Positions 59,001 through 62,443 of a stretch of 62,443 nucleotides of DNA are shown piece after piece. How positions within the stretch are numbered: the stretch's first letter is position 1; each line of letters starts with the position of its first letter. This DNA is from a virus. Taxonomy: Duplodnaviria; Caudoviricetes. The position numbers were made by a program, and so were the translations under genes. The stretch spans positions 1 to 62,443 of IMG/VR virus record IMGVR_UViG_3300037424_000925; one strand, 5' to 3'. Below the pieces are notes generated by a model. The model made no database searches. It saw only the letters and a list, made by a program, of their open reading frames with translations, and had not been told where the DNA came from.

Positions 59001-59060
59001 GATCAGGCAGTGAAGGGTTTAATCAAAACTTTAAGGCGGGAACAGTTAGTCATGGCATAA
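53007..59060 (+). CDS. Tail tape measure protein
   Basis: 2017 aa; TP901-type core (TTKFSSTEIADG..LGQAG, RVADVMA, ASTIGTGLR); two GDTIPA.LEKGEFV repeats. Confidence 0.95.
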   Translation: MAGKELTLGVVFSGRIGKELETAVARLEGLVKGLNGTLGKIQQSGGVQALAALAKQTNDTSAAMTVLGNTSKAATATMSTSIGNAGKSVGEFGKAMTRAQANGSGFVTTLQELTKYSQRNTLEVKDAEKAMYKTDAVLRQLNREVANGSIQTSLANNNWKYAKDRYVDFKNAADLTTISQKVLNGEITASRKGITEYIGQVTKGNVTLSAFTNVAKGTMPGISGMNKAIDDGNLSWQEAARTQAAYQAAISKSLPAQKASASAIMEVSKASKNTWPVIEQMNRAIDSGNISWQAVSRQQSAYQSALKGTLPIQQQTTASVDNFTKASKNAWPAINQMNKAIDAGNISWQEVSRLQSGYQSALKGTLPIQQQTTQQIKSTSTSIDYLTKAHGQLGPTITSMNRAIDAGTMSWQNASRQQSAYQSALKGTLPAQQSMGTTTAKLSDNLTYLGQKLGISNVEMAKIGASTKTASEPFNFLGKQIGSVNGAIDRLKAAFKVTAAYGLASTAIYTLINAFKIGAQSIIDYDQALKNLQAITGATDAEVGAMGKTILDVARTTKFSSTEIADGMVLLGQAGFSASEAMDAIGATANLATGTLSSMALTTDLLTTTIRAFNLDTIESGRVADVMANAINKSKLTIDKLRISFSYIAATASMAGLSLEETAASMMVLANNGLRASTIGTGLRQVLSRLLSPNTKLREAYEAHGIALDQINPKTVGYQTALQNLAKVLYNSETKVVDVSKAFELFGLRGAQTAAILVRDYAGGAFQTALKSVFEVGTSSAMAAKQSEGLGIQFKNLADRAKIVAVAFGGAGVSGAISIFVSILRTGTEWLELFATSGIGQVIIKAGLLVASFAALRGAAIFLMSAIKGLAVIEFFNTAMAAAIYHSAGAVTGLTKLRAAFTALWLVVSKNPIGLIITGISLAAAAFSHFMGASDKLASSLGQQAIEAEKIEKGLSVYADTIGLAKEGSDEYLSALKRFGETYPGVTQKILDMNGAIDLADIAVGDITKSMRELAGIFLQESISKTQRALTLYKDDLDRATIAGRNLYEILFKQGNLDDFLAEKKDKLTSAQNALIQSYKRGVEIGELTIDEAFKLIDALGLQEDKLKVVKDGFTAHFNGVKLGSSEAASGMKTAFDGVPEYFVDLYRTLDASRQADLVQAMKTMQSQVAAYRKTAEDMGIADWDRDKQVEAIRKVAYDKFVESLNKESVATQKKNDKDTEDLQKALKKKQEAYEKSAEQIKSIEEKMAEDSRTLRQLKMTEEQKLNDNLLDARAARAKAEIMLAQATTQEELDAAIKQVEVARAKYSDILKVALESKKQQIDASKIVSASESQVADTTYDKWVKFYKDMGTNITTYTTTYTSESKKKESISKSTADKVVADNDRANKSMDEQMLQALERIKKTGGGITTEFDNMKTKAAEPKPINIVEEPAKTSIKTTQLGLIDLGTRAEKEKPININSYAAVSNIQKAIDKIKELIAAISAIPRDVNVNVNVTSTGTGSGQTSLAAGVTEATSQIQEFTATVGASSGDTSGSSSGAVFNVGFTGSGSTTKPLGDKIKEAIGWVKDLADTVTIGAKMMVSFTGHGSDEKPLSEKIDELDSEISTFGDSTSSTLTSVSNKTAETGSDISSTANNTASSIESAFTSAIDAIISKIDELVTKLTEATSSSFAGMEIVTTPGLMGNMVAAYDMETGSILWRRFDAYRKGGAIGLSEGGSLKDSGGKLSGYGGGDTIPAMLEKGEFVVRKEAVKKYGSGLFSSLNGMVQKFASGGLVDNPILKKLFFFGQGYDTNQGVLNGLSEILGDLTNPGQMADRLFLNATGDNLKIKRNSYGQLGTWGTPRWFNEFRTALPELVDTLGGSAATAGSGPNIPDILQNMNEIAHLISPGEWGLGGLIKRLAAGGNLTGYGGGDTIPAVLEKGEFVIRKEAVKKYGAGLFANLNSMVAGMKIGGLVARPAMPRFAEGGSVQSQTGGGFSLSNQLHTINLTINNAKHTLYGDDQAVKGLIKTLRREQLVMA

Positions 59061-59086
59061 TGGCATAGAGAGGGAGGGAATAAACA

Positions 59087-60055
59087 ATGTCCATAACTGC
59101 GAGCGAGATACTTTTTTACAAGGCGGCGAACAATAACGATGTCGCTGCCAGTAATGGGGGCAGGATCAGCGCAACCCAAATCACGACCGGGAGCCTAAAC
59201 AATTTGTTCCCGAACATCTCCAATGCCGAACGTGTGGCAGGAAAAACCCGTTATCGGAAGATGTTCCTGCGAAACAAGAACACCGGGGATCTCTCGATGT
59301 ATTCAGGGGAAGTCTGGATTGGGACCAGATCCCTTGCTGACGATTATTTTCAGCTCAAGGCGGGGACAGATACGGATGTACAGACAGCGGCAGAGGGCTA
59401 CACGAACTGGGCAGGAACCGGGTTGCTGGCCGGGGCCGCAGGCAGCGGAGAGTCGTCTATTGAAGTTGACTTTGATGCCGCTTCGGGAGTTTGGGACGGT
59501 GTCCGGGTGCATATCACGGACGGAGTCAATTCACTTGATACATCGGTCGTGGGTGATCCATTGTGGATAGGGAACGCAGCGACCTTCACTATTTCAGGGG
59601 AACTTGGCTACAACTTCAGCGCAATGACCACAATCGTAAGTGCCATGGTAGACCTGGGCACAGTGCAAAAATCCACAAGTGGGTGGGTAGAGACAAGCTC
59701 CGCAGGAACGTATGACGAGGCCACCTACCCGGTTGTAACGTACAATATGGGGACGGTTACGGATTCCTGGACGCTGACGTTCGGTGACGCGAACAATTTT
59801 TCTGTCGTAGGCGCAAATACCGGGTCTGTCGGGTCAGGGGATATTTCAACCGACTGTCAGCCTGCGAACGGATCGTCCTATTATTTCAAAGTTGACAAGG
59901 ATGGTTGGGGCGGTTCCTGGGCATTGGGCGACACGGTGACGTTCAACACAGTGCATGCAGGGAAGGCGATATGGGTCAAGGAAGTCGTTCCGGCCGGGGT
60001 GGGGTCCTATTCAAATAATGAGGTTTCACTTGGGTGGCGCGGAGAGAGTGCATAA
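59087..60055 (+). CDS. Tail tip/minor tail protein
   Basis: Follows tape measure; NNLFP.IS..ER..G..YRK.F motif, beta-rich. Confidence 0.6.
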   Translation: MSITASEILFYKAANNNDVAASNGGRISATQITTGSLNNLFPNISNAERVAGKTRYRKMFLRNKNTGDLSMYSGEVWIGTRSLADDYFQLKAGTDTDVQTAAEGYTNWAGTGLLAGAAGSGESSIEVDFDAASGVWDGVRVHITDGVNSLDTSVVGDPLWIGNAATFTISGELGYNFSAMTTIVSAMVDLGTVQKSTSGWVETSSAGTYDEATYPVVTYNMGTVTDSWTLTFGDANNFSVVGANTGSVGSGDISTDCQPANGSSYYFKVDKDGWGGSWALGDTVTFNTVHAGKAIWVKEVVPAGVGSYSNNEVSLGWRGESA

Positions 60056-60891
60056 TGACAATCATTATCAGTGATTCGTTTACAGGGGCCGATGGATCGA
60101 ATCCAGATCCGGAGTTGTGGACAGAGTCTTTAGGTGGGGCTTATGTTTCTATTCAAAGCAATAAGCTCAATTTTACTGCCGCAACGGATCACCGGTTGGT
60201 TACGTTACTGGCTATGGTAGCAGGGGATTTTGATGTCCAAGTGGATTTCGATATTACCGCTGGCCCTGATACTAATTCGTGGGGGGCTTTCCTGTATGCC
60301 TACTTTGCAAACGATGATGGTTTCAACGTAGGCATCAGTTATGATGGGGATGTAAGAAAATACACTTTTCAGAGTTGGATTGATCCTGATTGGACAGAAC
60401 ACGGGTCGTCAGCTTCAGCGGATACCTCCGGTAAATTTCGTCTTGTAAGGTCGGGGTCATCCTATACGGGGTATTTCTGGAATGGCACCGGATGGACAAG
60501 CCTCGGCACTCATTCAACCGGACCTACGGCTGATATTTATATTGCTCTGGAGCATACTGATTGGGCTTCAGGGGTTACAACTTCCGGTAACTTCGACAAC
60601 TTCATGATGACTTTACCGGGGGTCCCGTTGGCGTCTACCTTGTCTCTCGTCAACAGTATTTATGTCGGGTCTACGCTATTCCTTGTGAACAGCCTGAACG
60701 CCCAAATTGAATCTGATCTTAATCTCGTGCTCAGTATTCTACGGGGTTTGGAAGGATCGTTTGGCCTTAAAATGTCCATAGAAGAACGCGATAAATTCAA
60801 CGGTACACTCAAATTATTGACTCATATCTTGGACGCTGATTCAGGAATCACTCAAGGGGAATATTATTTCTTAAGAAACCACGGGTTATGA
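60055..60891 (+). CDS. Tail protein with lectin/beta-sandwich-like domain
   Basis: DSFTG..PDPELW, GDFDVQVDF, GKFRLVRSGS..GYFWNG..W. Confidence 0.55.
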   Translation: MTIIISDSFTGADGSNPDPELWTESLGGAYVSIQSNKLNFTAATDHRLVTLLAMVAGDFDVQVDFDITAGPDTNSWGAFLYAYFANDDGFNVGISYDGDVRKYTFQSWIDPDWTEHGSSASADTSGKFRLVRSGSSYTGYFWNGTGWTSLGTHSTGPTADIYIALEHTDWASGVTTSGNFDNFMMTLPGVPLASTLSLVNSIYVGSTLFLVNSLNAQIESDLNLVLSILRGLEGSFGLKMSIEERDKFNGTLKLLTHILDADSGITQGEYYFLRNHGL

Positions 60892-60894
60892 TTT

Positions 60895-62443
60895 ATGGCT
60901 ACGCCGATCAATGTAATTATTGACAACAAGACGGTTGTGGATGACCTGGAATCCATCGAGATATCCCAGCAAGAAGGGACGTATTGCAACGCCGTTACGC
61001 TGTCGCTGAAGAACAAGAATTTTTGGAGTTTATGCGATCCCGAGATAAACTTTGGAGTTCTTCGAATCAAAGTTATTATTGGATCTGACACCTACCAGTT
61101 TTTGATCGAGGAAAGAGACAGCACCCCGACTATCCCTGGGGTTTCCTTCACGGTCTGGGGCAGGTCAAAGCAGGCGCTCTTATCCAAGCCGTACTCGAAA
61201 ACCATCAACGACACGGACGATACATCCCATCCCTGGCAGACGGCGAATACCACGGCTTCGGCAATTGTGGCCCATGTGATTAGTTCGGCGTATTGCAGTT
61301 ATGGAGTTACGGTCAGCTGGAACGTGAATGATTTTGTGGTTTACCAAGATTCATTTAGCGTTTTGAACCAATCTCCGATCGACGTGATTTCTTCTCTGGC
61401 TCAAGTGGTTGGCGCAGAGTTGAAGGTGAATGTGGACGGTTCTTTATCGGTGGAATCGTATTCCGTTGCGGAGGGGTCTTCAGTCCAATCGTATAACGAT
61501 TTAGACGACATCGTTAGCCTGGACGAATCGATCGATTATCCGTCAGGGTACAATGTTGTAACGGTTTACGGGTACGGGTCCGGAGGGGAGGGAAACACTA
61601 ACGCGAGAATCTCTGCGGAACGTCAAGGGGATGGCAGCATTTACCCTGGCAGGAACCATACCGTCAGGGTGTATCATTACCACAGTCAAGGTTTGGCAGT
61701 GCGAAGCTCTTTTCCGGAAGGGGCTATTAGTCCCGGTGCATCCGGTTCAGAAACGATCACGGAAGATGTTATTCTAATATTCGGGAAGGGGAACACGAGT
61801 TACCCGTATTCACATGGAAAAACGGAAGTCACAGGAAATGAGAGTGTCCCTATCGCTACGGTCAGCATGACGTATAGCACGGCCTACATCGACTTCAACG
61901 TCAGAGGGAACGCTATCGGCAGTTACAGTGTTATGTTTTATTTTTCAGACAAGTCCGCATACACTGTTTACTCATTCACGGTTATTGAGGCTACTGGCGG
62001 AGGTGGAGGAGGCGAAGGGGGCGGAGGTGACGCAATGTCGTCCGGGCAATGCTCTGCCATAAAAATAGAAAAAGAAAGTCCTGAGACAGTAGTGCCGGGG
62101 AGTGAGGTGACGATTAGGATTTATGCAGCGGGTCGCCCTGGATCATCTGGCTCGTCAGGTGGAGACTCTGCAACTTTCGTCACAACCGACAGCGAAGAGA
62201 AAACGGAAGATATTACTTTTAGACAAGGTACAGCATCGACTGAGTATCCCATTGCTGCAGGTAGGAGTCCTGATTACGAGTGGAATGGATCGTATGCCAA
62301 TCCGAAATACGTGTTGGGAGAGTCTGGGTTATCTGTAGGCGCATGGGAAGATGACCTGGATAAGTATAGTATCCCAGCTAAAATAACTTATAAGACTAAT
62401 TTCTATGTTTATAAAATAACGGTGCCTACGTCATGGACTCTAC
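60895..62443 (+). CDS. Tail hub/baseplate-like protein, truncated by window end
   Basis: Translated by hand (MATPINVIID...WGRSKQALL...); open to end of window, Gly-rich linker ~61995. Confidence 0.65.
   Translation, partial: MATPINVIIDNKTVVDDLESIEISQQEGTYCNAVTLSLKNKNFWSLCDPEINFGVLRIKVIIGSDTYQFLIEERDSTPTIPGVSFTVWGRSKQALLSKPYSKTINDTDDTSHPWQTANTTASAIVAHVISSAYCSYGVTVSWNVNDFVVYQDSFSVLNQSPIDVISSLAQVVGAELKVNVDGSLSVESYSVAEGSSVQSYNDLDDIVSLDESIDYPSGYNVVTVYGYGSGGEGNTNARISAERQGDGSIYPGRNHTVRVYHYHSQGLAVRSSFPEGAISPGASGSETITEDVILIFGKGNTSYPYSHGKTEVTGNESVPIATVSMTYSTAYIDFNVRGNAIGSYSVMFYFSDKSAYTVYSFTVIEATGGGGGGEGGGGDAMSSGQCSAIKIEKESPETVVPGSEVTIRIYAAGRPGSSGSSGGDSATFVTTDSEEKTEDITFRQGTASTEYPIAAGRSPDYEWNGSYANPKYVLGESGLSVGAWEDDLDKYSIPAKITYKTNFYVYKITVPTSWTL

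Noticed and set aside
62123-62338. 71-aa plus-strand ORF near window end
   Set aside because: Out-of-frame inside the long tail ORF starting at 60895

Overview
The window is most of a large tailed (siphovirus-like) phage genome. No integrase, lysis genes, tRNAs or canonical CRISPR array are visible, and the host cannot be assigned. (1) 153-15948 is a leftward early arm with a DUF4942-type methyltransferase, a DUF3150/DUF1257/DUF2997/Ycf46-like AAA module, a beta sliding clamp, ParB and many small ORFs. (2) About 14940-18630 is a control region with a ~0.9 kb ORF-poor, hairpin-dense putative ncRNA, an array of 24 x 18-bp palindromic units, a sigma-like HTH gene and microsatellite-like repeats. 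(3) 18675-27104 is a rightward regulation/replication block. It holds a stand-alone Cas7/RAMP-like gene followed at once by a 496-bp array of 96 NGY-NN pentamers grouped in 16 units of 5n+1 nt, the most striking feature and a candidate non-CRISPR RNA-guided system. It also holds an ERCC4 nuclease, a P4-type primase-helicase and an iteron origin. (4) 27107-62443 carries the late genes: intein-containing TerL, portal, S49 protease, capsid, an ~11 kb glycosylation/tailoring cluster between head and tail genes, then tail genes with a -1 frameshift chaperone and a tape measure. All family calls come from motif recognition by eye; no searches were run.
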